A stretch of 44,515 nt of DNA from a virus, in UHGV virus genome UHGV-1858859, one strand, 5' to 3'. The notes under the pieces were generated by a model that made no database searches, had not been told where the DNA came from, and saw nothing but the letters and a program-made list of their open reading frames with translations. This document shows positions 25,971 through 34,608 of the stretch, piece after piece. Every line of letters begins with the position of its first letter. The first letter of the stretch is position 1. Position numbers and translations under genes: made by a program.

Positions 25971-27217
25971 GTATTCAGCTATCCGCGCCGCAGGCACTGT
26001 TCCTGAATTGTGACAACAAATACAAGGCCTACGTAGGCGGCTTCGGTAGTGGCAAGACGTTTGTCGGCTGCCTTGACCTGCTTACGTTTATGCTTAAGCA
26101 CCCCGGTACGCGCCTTGGTTACTTCGGCCCGACCTACCCGGCTATCCGCGACATCTTCTACCCGACATTCGAGGAAGCTGCTAACCTCCTGGGCCTTGAT
26201 GTGCTGGTTAAATCCGGCGACAAAGAGGTCGTCGTTACGAGAGGTAAGACAGTAATCGGTACAGTAATCTGCCGTTCGATGGATAACCCAGGCTCTATCG
26301 TCGGTTTCAAAATAGCCGCGGCGGTCGTTGATGAACTGGACGTTCTGAGCCGCGAGAAAGCGGAACTGGCGTGGAACAAAATCGTAGCCCGTATGCGTCT
26401 GGTTATCCCTGGAGTGGTAAACCACATCTCCGTTACCACGACACCGGAGGGATTCAAGTTCGTCTACGCCAAGTTCAAAGAGAACCCGACACCGAGTTAC
26501 TCAATGGTGCAGGCTTCCACCCACGAGAACGCGCGATTCCTGCCGCCTGACTACATTAGCTCGCTGACCGAGACTTACCCAGCGCAACTGATTAACGCGT
26601 ACCTGAATGGGGAGTTCGTTAACCTGACATCCGGCAGCGTCTACTACGCCTACGACCGACGTAAGCATCGCAGCAAAGAGACAATCCAACCGGGCGACAC
26701 GCTGTACATCGGGCAGGACTTCAACGTTACGAAGAACGCCAGCGCCGTGTATGTGCAACGTAAAGACGGCTGGCACGCGGTAGCAGAACTGAAGGGCCTG
26801 TTCGATACGCCAGATACCGTGCGTGTGATTACCGAGAAGTGGAAGTCGCAAGGCCACCGCATCGTCGTTTACCCGGACGCCAGCGGCAAGAACCGCAAAA
26901 CCAACTCGGCGTCAATCTCCGATATCGCCTTACTACAGCAGGCCGGTTTTGATGTTCGCGCTAAATCCGCCAACCCACCGGTTAAAGACCGTGTTTTAGC
27001 CGTGAATACCGCGCTGGAAAAAGGTAAGCTGTGGGTTAACGACCACTTATGCCCTGAGATAGCGAAGACGCTGGAGCAGCAGGCATATGATGATAACGGA
27101 GAGCCTGCTAAAGACGGCGTCATTGACCATATGGCGGATGCTCTCGGCTATCCTGTAGTTTATGAGATGCCGGTGGTTAAACCAGTAATCAACATCCCGG
27201 TGACTTTCGCACTTTAA
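25967..27217 (+). CDS. terL: terminase large subunit
   Basis: Walker A GGFGSGKT, Walker B AAVVDELD, C-terminal nuclease-like acidic motifs (GQDFN, DASG, DHMADALG). Confidence 0.85.
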   Translation: MSIQLSAPQALFLNCDNKYKAYVGGFGSGKTFVGCLDLLTFMLKHPGTRLGYFGPTYPAIRDIFYPTFEEAANLLGLDVLVKSGDKEVVVTRGKTVIGTVICRSMDNPGSIVGFKIAAAVVDELDVLSREKAELAWNKIVARMRLVIPGVVNHISVTTTPEGFKFVYAKFKENPTPSYSMVQASTHENARFLPPDYISSLTETYPAQLINAYLNGEFVNLTSGSVYYAYDRRKHRSKETIQPGDTLYIGQDFNVTKNASAVYVQRKDGWHAVAELKGLFDTPDTVRVITEKWKSQGHRIVVYPDASGKNRKTNSASISDIALLQQAGFDVRAKSANPPVKDRVLAVNTALEKGKLWVNDHLCPEIAKTLEQQAYDDNGEPAKDGVIDHMADALGYPVVYEMPVVKPVINIPVTFAL

Positions 27218-27229
27218 GAGGATTATTCA

Positions 27230-28711
27230 ATGTTAACTATGAACGGTCAGAATCAGGGTGTTAAGACAAAACACCGGGAATGGCTGCATCACTTCAATAA
27301 ATGGCAGAAGGTGCGCCACGCGCTGGAAGGCGACCTCATCCGTTACCTGCGCAATGTCGGGAAGAACGAGCCTGACCCGACCTATGCGGCACAGCGCCAG
27401 GAAGAATACGAGAACGGCGCTATCTGCTACAACTTCACTAAACGTACCCTGGCGGGGATGGTCGGCAGTGTTATGCGTAAAGACCCTGAGCAGATTATCC
27501 CGCCTGAACTTGAGTACCTGTTACGCAACGCTGACGGTTCGGGCGTCGGGCTATGGCAGCACGCGCAGGATACTTTGATGGAAATTGACTCGGTAGGTCG
27601 TGGCGGGTTGCTGGTTGATGCACCAGAGACCGCCGCAGCAACGGCAGCCGAACAGAACGCAGGATTATTAAACCCGGTCATCGCATTCTACACCGCGGAG
27701 AACATCATCAACTGGAGACTGACCCGCGTCGGTTCAGTTAACCGCGTGACAATGGTCGTGTTGCGCGAAGTATGGGAATACTCTGAACCCGGTGCAGAGT
27801 TCGAAACAAAGTTCGGTGAGCAGTATCGCGTTCTCGATTTGATTGACGGGCGCTACCGCCAGCGCATTTACCGCTTCGATGCCGAAGGTGGTGTTCATGG
27901 TGAAGTAATCGAAATATTCCCGGAACTTGGCGAACAGTTACGCGGCAAAATCCCGTTCACGTTCATCGGGGCAAGCAACAACGATGCCGCCATCGACGAC
28001 GCACCTTTGCTACCGTTAGCTGAGCTGAATATCGGGCATTTCCGTAACAGCGCGGACAATGAAGAGTCCAGTTTCGTTGTAGGCCAGCCCACTCTGTTCA
28101 TCGCCCCGGGCGAGAACATGAGCATGGAACAGTGGAAAGAGGCCAACCCACACGGCGTGCGCATGGGGTCTCGTTCAGGCCATAACATCGGGTACGGCGG
28201 CAACGCGTTTCTGGTTCAGGCAGGGGAGAACAACCTGGCTAAGCAGAACATGCTGGATAAAGAGAATCAGGCCATCCAGATTGGCGCGCAGCTTATCACC
28301 CCGACGCAGCAAATAACCGCTGAATCGGCCCGCCTGCAACGTGGTGCGGATACGTCTGTTATGGCGACAATCGCACGTAACGTAAGCATGGCGTACACCG
28401 ATTCGTTGCGCTGGGTGGCTGCGATGCTAGGGTTGCGTGAAGGCACAGAGATTGAGTTCAAACTTAACATGGAGTTCTTCCTGCAACCGATGACCGCTCA
28501 GGACCGCGCTCAGTGGATGGCGGACATTAATGCCGGTCTGCTGCCAGCGACCGCTTACTACGCCGCGTTGCGTAAAGCAGGGGTGACTGACTGGACCGAC
28601 GAGGATATTCAGAACGCTATTGAGGACGCACCTCTGCCGTTAGGTGCTGTTACTCAGGTGGCAGGAGAGATTCCGCAGTCGGCGCAGCAACAAGATGTCA
28701 CTCAGCAGTAA
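27230..28711 (+). CDS. portal protein
   Basis: 493 aa immediately after terL; size and position typical of portal. Confidence 0.7.
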   Translation: MLTMNGQNQGVKTKHREWLHHFNKWQKVRHALEGDLIRYLRNVGKNEPDPTYAAQRQEEYENGAICYNFTKRTLAGMVGSVMRKDPEQIIPPELEYLLRNADGSGVGLWQHAQDTLMEIDSVGRGGLLVDAPETAAATAAEQNAGLLNPVIAFYTAENIINWRLTRVGSVNRVTMVVLREVWEYSEPGAEFETKFGEQYRVLDLIDGRYRQRIYRFDAEGGVHGEVIEIFPELGEQLRGKIPFTFIGASNNDAAIDDAPLLPLAELNIGHFRNSADNEESSFVVGQPTLFIAPGENMSMEQWKEANPHGVRMGSRSGHNIGYGGNAFLVQAGENNLAKQNMLDKENQAIQIGAQLITPTQQITAESARLQRGADTSVMATIARNVSMAYTDSLRWVAAMLGLREGTEIEFKLNMEFFLQPMTAQDRAQWMADINAGLLPATAYYAALRKAGVTDWTDEDIQNAIEDAPLPLGAVTQVAGEIPQSAQQQDVTQQ

Positions 28712-28721
28712 GTTCACATAT

Positions 28722-28744
28722 AGCCCCGAAAGGGGCTTTCTTAT
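28722..28744 (+). terminator. stem-loop / partial terminator after the portal gene
   Basis: agcccc-gaaa-ggggct hairpin followed by ttcttat. Confidence 0.45.
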
Positions 28745-28780
28745 AGTATGCTATTAACTTTAGCGCCACAGGGTTTATCT

Positions 28781-29824
28781 ATGAGCTTACTTACATCTCT
28801 AATCAGCCACCAGATATGGCTGCAACGCACTGCATCCGGTGAGGTGAAAGACCTCGCGCCGTTCATTAAGGAGATGCGGGACGAAATAAAACGGCAGGTG
28901 CTGTTATTCGGTGACGACGGGCGGAGCACTGCGCGACTGAATAAGCTGTTACTCGACCTTGAAGAAGCACTGACGGGGCTTACAGGCGACTGGCAAACAA
29001 AGCTGACAGAAGACCTTAAGGAACTGGCCGCATATGAGGCTGAGTGGAACGTAAAAACACTGACCGCCAACGTTGACGCGGAATTTGTTACGCCTACCGC
29101 CGAACAGGTGTGGGCTGCTGCCGAGTTTCAGCCGCTGTCGTTAAGCGACAAGCCCGTCGATTTCACTAAGCTGATGGCAGGCTGGGGTGAAACGGAGGCC
29201 GCGCGCCTCGTAACCGGCGTTAAGATGGGGTTTGTTCAGGGCCAAACCACACGGCAGATTGTTAAAAATGTCGTAGGCGCTGGTGGGCTGGCGGACATCT
29301 CTGAACGCAACGCGGCTACGGTAATCCGCACCGCGCTGTCTCACGTATCCAACGAAGCCCGCAACGAGACATACCGCCAGAACGACGACATCATCGAGAA
29401 ATACGAATGGGTGTCAACGCTGGACAGCCGTACCAGTACGATTTGCAGGGCCAGAGACGGGATGACGTGGGAAATCGGTAAAGGTCCGATGCCCCCCGCC
29501 CATTTTGGATGTCGAAGTACCACTGCACCGGTAATAAGTTCGGAGTTCGACTTCCTAGATAAAGGTGCAAAACGCGCGGCTAATGGTGCGGACGGCGGTA
29601 TGCAGGTAAGCGCAGACACCACCTATTACGAGTTCCTGAAACAGCAACCGGCATGGTTCGTGGATGAAGCACTCGGACCTACCCGCGGTGCTATATTCAG
29701 GAATAGTGGGATATCCCCAGAGGAATTCCGGGTAATATCCGTCGACGCTTTTGGTAGACCTTTAACCTTGAAGGAGATGGCGGCGTTAGATAACAGGGTT
29801 GCTGAATATCTTAGGTCGGTATAA
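28781..29824 (+). CDS. head morphogenesis protein (Mu gpF / SPP1 gp7-like)
   Basis: Conserved C-terminal motif STLDSRTSTICRARDGMTWEIGKGPMPPAHFGCRST; start chosen at ATG 28781 downstream of the hairpin. Confidence 0.65.
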   Translation: MSLLTSLISHQIWLQRTASGEVKDLAPFIKEMRDEIKRQVLLFGDDGRSTARLNKLLLDLEEALTGLTGDWQTKLTEDLKELAAYEAEWNVKTLTANVDAEFVTPTAEQVWAAAEFQPLSLSDKPVDFTKLMAGWGETEAARLVTGVKMGFVQGQTTRQIVKNVVGAGGLADISERNAATVIRTALSHVSNEARNETYRQNDDIIEKYEWVSTLDSRTSTICRARDGMTWEIGKGPMPPAHFGCRSTTAPVISSEFDFLDKGAKRAANGADGGMQVSADTTYYEFLKQQPAWFVDEALGPTRGAIFRNSGISPEEFRVISVDAFGRPLTLKEMAALDNRVAEYLRSV

Positions 29825-29882
29825 AGTATATCTAGTAGCTAGCTTTGGTCGGTGAACTACTAAAAATAGAGAAAGAATATAA

Positions 29883-29938
29883 CCCCATGAAGGTATGCCT
29901 ATCTCTGGCATCGACCAATCTTCATGGGGTTTTCTTAT
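29883..29938 (+). terminator. long stem-loop with T-run
   Basis: ccccatgaag ... cttcatgggg 10-bp arms with a 27-nt loop, followed by ttttcttat; encloses the ATG at 29895 used by the track. Confidence 0.4.
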
Positions 29939-29948
29939 AGGGTTTAAT

Positions 29949-30518
29949 ATGGGAATTGTTTTTGGTGTGGGTATTAACGATGTTTCACCAATAAGTTGCG
30001 GAGGGGTGCATATAGCGTCCTACGCCGTATGGAAGAACATGTTAAAGAGGTGCTACGACAAGAAATGGCAGCAAAGAAACAGAACTTATATAGGTTGCCG
30101 TGTGTCGGACGATTGGTTGGTGTCCAGTAATTTCAAGGTCTGGTCTGATGATTTTTATGTACCTGGGTGGCAGATAGATAAGGATTTACTTAACCCGGGA
30201 AATAAGGTTTACGATGCTTCTAACTGTGTTTTCATCCCTAAATCCCTCAATACTTTCCTAACAGCCCACGACGCTCTTCGAGGCGAACACCCACTCGGCG
30301 TACATTTCCATAAACAAAAGAAAAGATTCATCGCTCAAGTATCCGTGGATGGCGTATCTGAACAAATAGGCGCTTACGAAACCGCTCAAGAGGCACACGT
30401 AGCATGGTTTCATAGAAAAATTGAATTAGCATATGAATACAAAGGTCTTTGCGATAGCATAGACCCACGCCTTTTCGAAGGCGTCTTACGTAAGATTAAC
30501 TCAATGAAAGAGGTTTAG
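29949..30518 (+). CDS. HNH-family homing endonuclease with C-terminal AP2 domain
   Basis: N-terminal WKNMLKRCY ... WQIDKDLLNPGNKVYDASNCVFIP nuclease-like region; AP2-like HKQKKRFIAQVSVDGVSEQIGAYETAQEAHVAW. Start uncertain (ATG 29949 chosen). Confidence 0.55.
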   Translation: MGIVFGVGINDVSPISCGGVHIASYAVWKNMLKRCYDKKWQQRNRTYIGCRVSDDWLVSSNFKVWSDDFYVPGWQIDKDLLNPGNKVYDASNCVFIPKSLNTFLTAHDALRGEHPLGVHFHKQKKRFIAQVSVDGVSEQIGAYETAQEAHVAWFHRKIELAYEYKGLCDSIDPRLFEGVLRKINSMKEV

Positions 30519-30521
30519 TTT

Positions 30522-30980
30522 ATGGGCTTTTTTAAAGTAACTGATGTGCCGTCGCGTCGCGTAGTCCAGTACGCCCGTGTATCCGGTTCTGGTGAGAACG
30601 TAACCTACGTTGAAGATGAAAGTGTACTAGGTACACCTGTAGACGAGATGCCGTATGCGGACAAGACCGGTATCGCACTCTCTGCTGCTGGTATGCTTTA
30701 TGAGATTCCGTATCTGGCAGATGCTGGTGATGTGTATTTCTCTGTGCAACCGAAAGACACCGAGCTGGTCGACGGTAGCGCCACCATCACTGTCGAAGTT
30801 AAGGCGGGTAAAGCGCCGTATGTACTGACCTGGTACAAAGACGGGAAGGAAGTGGTGAACGCCCCGGAAGAGGCTCTGTCTCTGACTGTTAATGCGGCTG
30901 GTGAATACTTCGTTAAAGTTACTGATGCCGATGGTGCGGAGGCCGTAAGCAAAGCGGCGAAGGTCTCTAAACCAGGATGA
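30522..30980 (+). CDS. Ig-like domain protein (possible capsid decoration)
   Basis: PYVLTWYKDGKEV ... EYFVKVTDADG pattern of an Ig-like fold. Confidence 0.45.
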   Translation: MGFFKVTDVPSRRVVQYARVSGSGENVTYVEDESVLGTPVDEMPYADKTGIALSAAGMLYEIPYLADAGDVYFSVQPKDTELVDGSATITVEVKAGKAPYVLTWYKDGKEVVNAPEEALSLTVNAAGEYFVKVTDADGAEAVSKAAKVSKPG

Positions 30981-30983
30981 TAA

Positions 30984-31014
30984 AAGGCCCCATAATGGGG
31001 CCTTAGTTTTATTT
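30984..31014. terminator. bidirectional rho-independent terminator
   Basis: aaggcccc-ataat-ggggcctt hairpin with T-runs on both strands (agttttattt on plus, ttttatcatc on minus); lies between convergent genes. Confidence 0.6.
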
Positions 31015-31530
31015 AAATCGCGCAGGCATTAACACCATAAAGGCCGTGTTTGAAAATTGTATTTTGCATCCTCTGGTTTGGTCCTGGAAATCGAAACGAG
31101 CAATTTCATTTTTGTATGCCTTAGAAATCTTGTACGCGTCTGCCAAATAGCGCAGAGTGAACCCTATACTGTCGACAACACCCGGTGTGATGTGCGCCAC
31201 GCGTCTCCAGTCAGGAAAGTTTCCTTCTACAACATCTACCGGAAGTGTACATATAAGCGCACGATTATCGTCATAGAAAGATACACTGCCGTTGTCGTGG
31301 TTTACCTCTGCGTAGTTAAATTTAGAAGGCTCTCTCCCTTTGATGTCTATGAGAGTCCCTTTCTCAACGTTGGTCTTCACATTGTCGCAGAACAATCTAT
31401 GACCGTCCGTAGACACTATCAATCCTTCAGGGTCTATGTAAAAAGCGTTCAAATAGTAGCGAACATCATTTTTAGCCCTGCATATTTTCGCCCCTACATA
31501 CGCAGGGAAAGTAATTACTGTAGTAACCAT
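31009..31530 (-). CDS. truncated DnaN (DNA polymerase III beta sliding clamp)-like protein
   Basis: DVRYYLNAFYIDPEGLIVSTDGHRLF, VVEGNFPDWRRV and C-terminal AFMVLMPARF match E. coli DnaN segments (DVRYYLNGMLFE...ATDGHRLAV, VDGRFPDYRRV, AYVVMPMRL) recalled from memory; only 173 aa against 366; AGGAG RBS and own promoter. Confidence 0.6.
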   Translation of the reverse strand: MVTTVITFPAYVGAKICRAKNDVRYYLNAFYIDPEGLIVSTDGHRLFCDNVKTNVEKGTLIDIKGREPSKFNYAEVNHDNGSVSFYDDNRALICTLPVDVVEGNFPDWRRVAHITPGVVDSIGFTLRYLADAYKISKAYKNEIARFDFQDQTRGCKIQFSNTAFMVLMPARFK

Positions 31531-31556
31531 TTCTCATCTCCTGTTTAAGTTAACTG

Positions 31557-31585
31557 AATAGTACCCTATTATGTTGGTGCGCGCA
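31557..31585 (-). promoter_or_regulatory. sigma70-like promoter TTGCGC-N17-TACTAT with embedded palindrome
   Basis: Minus-strand reading ttgcgc gcaccaacataataggg tactat, with ATAATAG-ggta-CTATTCA. Confidence 0.6.
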
Positions 31586-31861
31586 AACTATTTATTTACG
31601 TATTCCAGTTATTCCACTCAATTGTAAACGTTGGAATAAACTATTCGAATAGTTGACTTTTCACTGAAAATATGATAAGCTCCACCTGAGCTTGTGAAGT
31701 ATGAGCAAGCGACCGCGGCGCGGGCAGGTAACGGAGCGGGACGTAAGTCCTGAGTGTAGTTACGCTGACGCGTTCGGAAGGGCCATACTCTATTGCTTGT
31801 GTAAAAAGTAACTGGTTTACTGAGATTACGCCGTTTCTATGTTTAAATGATAAGGACTAGC

Positions 31862-31888
31862 GCCCCGCTTTAAGGCGGGGCTTTACTT
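31862..31888 (+). terminator. stem-loop with short T-run just upstream of the Rz-like gene
   Basis: gccccgc-tttaag-gcggggc followed by tttactt; function unclear (terminator or attenuator-like). Confidence 0.35.
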
Positions 31889-31905
31889 ATTGAGAAAGGG
31901 GAAAC

Positions 31906-32292
31906 ATGAATCTTAAAGCAACTGTCGTAGCCGGAGCATGTTTCGTCGTCCTAGCCTACGCACACGGCATCTATCAATACCGCAGCGGCTGGGGTGAAGG
32001 CCGTGCTAATCTCGTTTCGCAGCAACAGCAGAAAGCACAGGCTGAGCTGACGAAGAAAACACAACGGCAGCAGCAGGATGAATCAAAGGCCGCCGCCGCT
32101 GACAACGAAGGCAAGACGAAATCAGAGGTGATTACCCGTGAAGTCGTTAAGTACATTAAAACGCCTGGCCGCAGCGTGTGCACTTTCGACGATGCTCGCG
32201 TCCTGCTCAAGTCCCACGCCGTTGCCAACGCCAATTCCATCCCCGGATACGACGATGATGCAGCCGCCGTGCAAACTGGCACCGCCAAGTAG
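31906..32292 (+). CDS. i-spanin (Rz-like)
   Basis: N-terminal transmembrane segment (ATVVAGACFVVLAYA), Gln/Lys-rich coiled-coil region, overlapping lipoprotein ORF in another frame; AAGGGGA RBS. Confidence 0.6.
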   Translation: MNLKATVVAGACFVVLAYAHGIYQYRSGWGEGRANLVSQQQQKAQAELTKKTQRQQQDESKAAAADNEGKTKSEVITREVVKYIKTPGRSVCTFDDARVLLKSHAVANANSIPGYDDDAAAVQTGTAK

Positions 32293-32401
32293 CGACGCTG
32301 ACGAGGATTTAGCTATCGACGTTCAGAACGCCGAATGTGTACGGCAACTGAGACTGAAAGTGTTCATGTTGCAGGATTACGTGAGGAATATTCTGGAATA
32401 G
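32138..32401 (+). CDS. o-spanin (Rz1-like lipoprotein), overlapping the i-spanin in another frame
   Basis: Lipoprotein signal with lipobox LASC, followed by Pro-rich mature region; begins inside the Rz-like gene and extends past its end. Confidence 0.6.
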   Translation: MKSLSTLKRLAAACALSTMLASCSSPTPLPTPIPSPDTTMMQPPCKLAPPSSDADEDLAIDVQNAECVRQLRLKVFMLQDYVRNILE

Positions 32402-32483
32402 TTGCCTTGTATGTTGGAATAATTTATTCTTGACATGTAAATCCGGGAGGCCCGGATTCCAACGTCCAGGGGACATACTGACT

Positions 32484-33185
32484 ATGAATCGTTTTTTACA
32501 CTATCCGTTCCAGGAAGAAGCTGGGGCAGAAGATAAATCTGGCGGTGGCGACGCTCCAAAAATGTTCACCGCTGAAGAAGTTCAGGCGCTGATTGAGAAA
32601 GAAGTTGCCGGGCTTAAGGCTAACCAGGAAGCATTGCTGGCTGAGAAGAAAGAAGCCGCTCGTAAAGCAAGAGAGGCCGAAGAGGAACGTCAGCGCGCGC
32701 ACCAGGAGGCGCTAAAAGCCGCCGGTAAGATGGACGAGTTCGAAAAGACGATTCGTAGCCAGTATGACCCGGTGTTAGCCGAGAAAGATGGTCGCATCAC
32801 CAAAATGGCTGAGCGCATCCTCGGCAGCGAACGTAAAGCGGTGTTAGGCTCTTTCGCAGGTGACTTTATTACCCCGGAAGCAGTAGACATTCTTGCTCCG
32901 TTCGTTAAGACTGAGTTCGAAGGTGATGATGTGGTTACTAAGTTTGTTGGGCCAGACGGCGGTGTAATCACGACTGACCCTGAACAGTTCCGCAAATACC
33001 TGCGCGAACACAAAGCGTTTTCGCATTTGATTAAAGCAAATGCAGCTTCCGGCGGCGGGGCTTCCGGTGGTAAAGGCGGCGGGGCCGCACCAGCGTTTAA
33101 AGACATGAGTGAAGCGGAGCGTTTAGCTCTGTATAAATCGAACCCTGCCGAATTTGAACGGCAACTTAAAGCCCTGAGGAAATAA
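32484..33185 (+). CDS. scaffolding protein
   Basis: Charged, alpha-helical, Ala/Glu/Lys-rich protein immediately upstream of the major capsid gene; ATG at 32484 chosen. Confidence 0.55.
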   Translation: MNRFLHYPFQEEAGAEDKSGGGDAPKMFTAEEVQALIEKEVAGLKANQEALLAEKKEAARKAREAEEERQRAHQEALKAAGKMDEFEKTIRSQYDPVLAEKDGRITKMAERILGSERKAVLGSFAGDFITPEAVDILAPFVKTEFEGDDVVTKFVGPDGGVITTDPEQFRKYLREHKAFSHLIKANAASGGGASGGKGGGAAPAFKDMSEAERLALYKSNPAEFERQLKALRK

Positions 33186-33187
33186 TA

Positions 33188-34237
33188 ATGGCAATTACCA
33201 CTATCGGCGATATCGTAACTGGCAACATCCCGGTCCTGGCGTCTTATATGACCGAGGACCCGGTAGAAAAAACCGCGTTCTTTCAGTCTGGTATTCTGAC
33301 CCCGACCCCATACGCTGCCGAGATTGCCCGCGGCCCGTCCAACGTCGCTAATATTCCGTTCTGGAAAGCGATTGATACTTCTATCGAGCCTAACTACTCG
33401 AACGATGTATACCAGGACATCGCCACCCCGCGTAACGTGCAAACCGGCGAGATGATGGCCCGCGTTGCGTACCTGAACGAAGGTTTCGGCCAGGCGGATT
33501 TGACCGTTGAACTGACCAGCCAGAACCCGCTGCAATCTGTGGCTTCTCGCCTGGATAACTTCTGGCAGCGCCAGGCACAACGCCGTCTGATTGCTACCGC
33601 GCTCGGTCTGTACAATGACAACGTAGCCGCTACCGACGCATACCACGAGCGGAACGACATGGTAATTGACGTGTCCTCTACTCTGGGCTTCGATGCAGGC
33701 GCGTTCATCGACGCCACCCAGACTATGGGCGACGCGCTGATTGGCAACGGCGGTGAAGTGCTGGGTGCTATCGCGATGCACAGCTTTGTTTACGCGCAGG
33801 CCCGTAAGCAGCAGCTCATCGACTTCGTGCGTGACGCGGACAACAACACCATGTTCGCCACCTACCAGGGCTACCGTGTGATTGTTGATGACAGCATGAC
33901 CGTAGTCGGTACTGGTAATGACCGCAAGTTCATCAGCATCATCTTCGGCAACGGCGCTATCGGTTACGGCGAAGGGTCTCCGTCCAACCCGTTGGAATAC
34001 GAGCGCGAAGCGTCTCGCGGCAACGGCGGTGGCGTTGAAACCCTGTGGACCCGTAAGACCTGGTTGCTGCACCCACTGGGCTACAGCTTTACCAGCGCAG
34101 TAATCACCGGTAACGGCACCGAGACCGTCGCACGTTCTGCTTCCTGGCAGGACCTGGCGAACGCTTCCAACTGGAATCGTGTGGTTGACCGTAAGCACGT
34201 ACCTATTGCCTTCCTGGTAACTGGTGTCGGGGCTTAA
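33188..34237 (+). CDS. major capsid protein
   Basis: 349 aa directly after the scaffold gene and before a terminator; size and position typical. Confidence 0.75.
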   Translation: MAITTIGDIVTGNIPVLASYMTEDPVEKTAFFQSGILTPTPYAAEIARGPSNVANIPFWKAIDTSIEPNYSNDVYQDIATPRNVQTGEMMARVAYLNEGFGQADLTVELTSQNPLQSVASRLDNFWQRQAQRRLIATALGLYNDNVAATDAYHERNDMVIDVSSTLGFDAGAFIDATQTMGDALIGNGGEVLGAIAMHSFVYAQARKQQLIDFVRDADNNTMFATYQGYRVIVDDSMTVVGTGNDRKFISIIFGNGAIGYGEGSPSNPLEYEREASRGNGGGVETLWTRKTWLLHPLGYSFTSAVITGNGTETVARSASWQDLANASNWNRVVDRKHVPIAFLVTGVGA

Positions 34238-34252
34238 GGTTAAGATATAATC

Positions 34253-34281
34253 GAGAGGGACTTCGGTCCCTCTTTTCATTT
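34253..34281 (+). terminator. rho-independent terminator after the major capsid gene
   Basis: gagaggga-cttcg-gtccctct hairpin followed by tttcattt. Confidence 0.5.
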
Positions 34282-34296
34282 ACTAAGAGGTAAATT

Positions 34297-34596
34297 ATGG
34301 CTAAGACCGGAAAAGGCTTGCCGCGCAGCCTTCAGAATGTCGACTTCGGCGACTTTGATATCCCAGTCACGCCTGCTACTACCAGCGTAGTTGGTGGCGT
34401 TAAAAAGTCGGCTACTGTAGCCGCACCTGCGGCCATTACTGCTGCTGCCGGAGTTCAGGCCGTCGCAGTCCCGACTAAGGCAGAGTTTGATGCGCTTGTA
34501 GCGGAGTACAACAAACTCCGAACCGATGTTACCGCGCTGCGCACTACCGTAGCAAATTTGTTGACTGCGCTTAAAAACGCAGGAACCGTAAGCTAA
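34297..34596 (+). CDS. hypothetical head-associated protein
   Basis: 99 aa, Ala/Thr/Val-rich with C-terminal helical segment; AAGAGG RBS. Confidence 0.45.
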   Translation: MAKTGKGLPRSLQNVDFGDFDIPVTPATTSVVGGVKKSATVAAPAAITAAAGVQAVAVPTKAEFDALVAEYNKLRTDVTALRTTVANLLTALKNAGTVS

Positions 34597-34608
34597 AGGA
34601 GCTTAAAA

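Noticed and set aside
29895-29948. ATG at 29895 as start of the HNH-AP2 gene
   Set aside because: This ATG lies inside the loop of the 29883-29929 hairpin that precedes a T-run; a start at 29949 or later is more consistent with a terminator followed by a new gene.
31600-31860. Possible tRNA or small RNA gene in the non-coding region upstream of the spanin genes
   Set aside because: No cloverleaf-compatible arrangement or T-loop consensus and no convincing plus-strand promoter found by eye; only a terminal hairpin at 31862-31888 is supported. Needs tRNAscan or covariance-model searches to exclude fully.
32690-34279. 529-codon minus-strand ORF antisense to the scaffold and major capsid genes
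   Set aside because: Lies entirely opposite well-supported structural genes, has low-complexity Arg/Ala/Gly-rich translation and no RBS; treated as a chance open frame.
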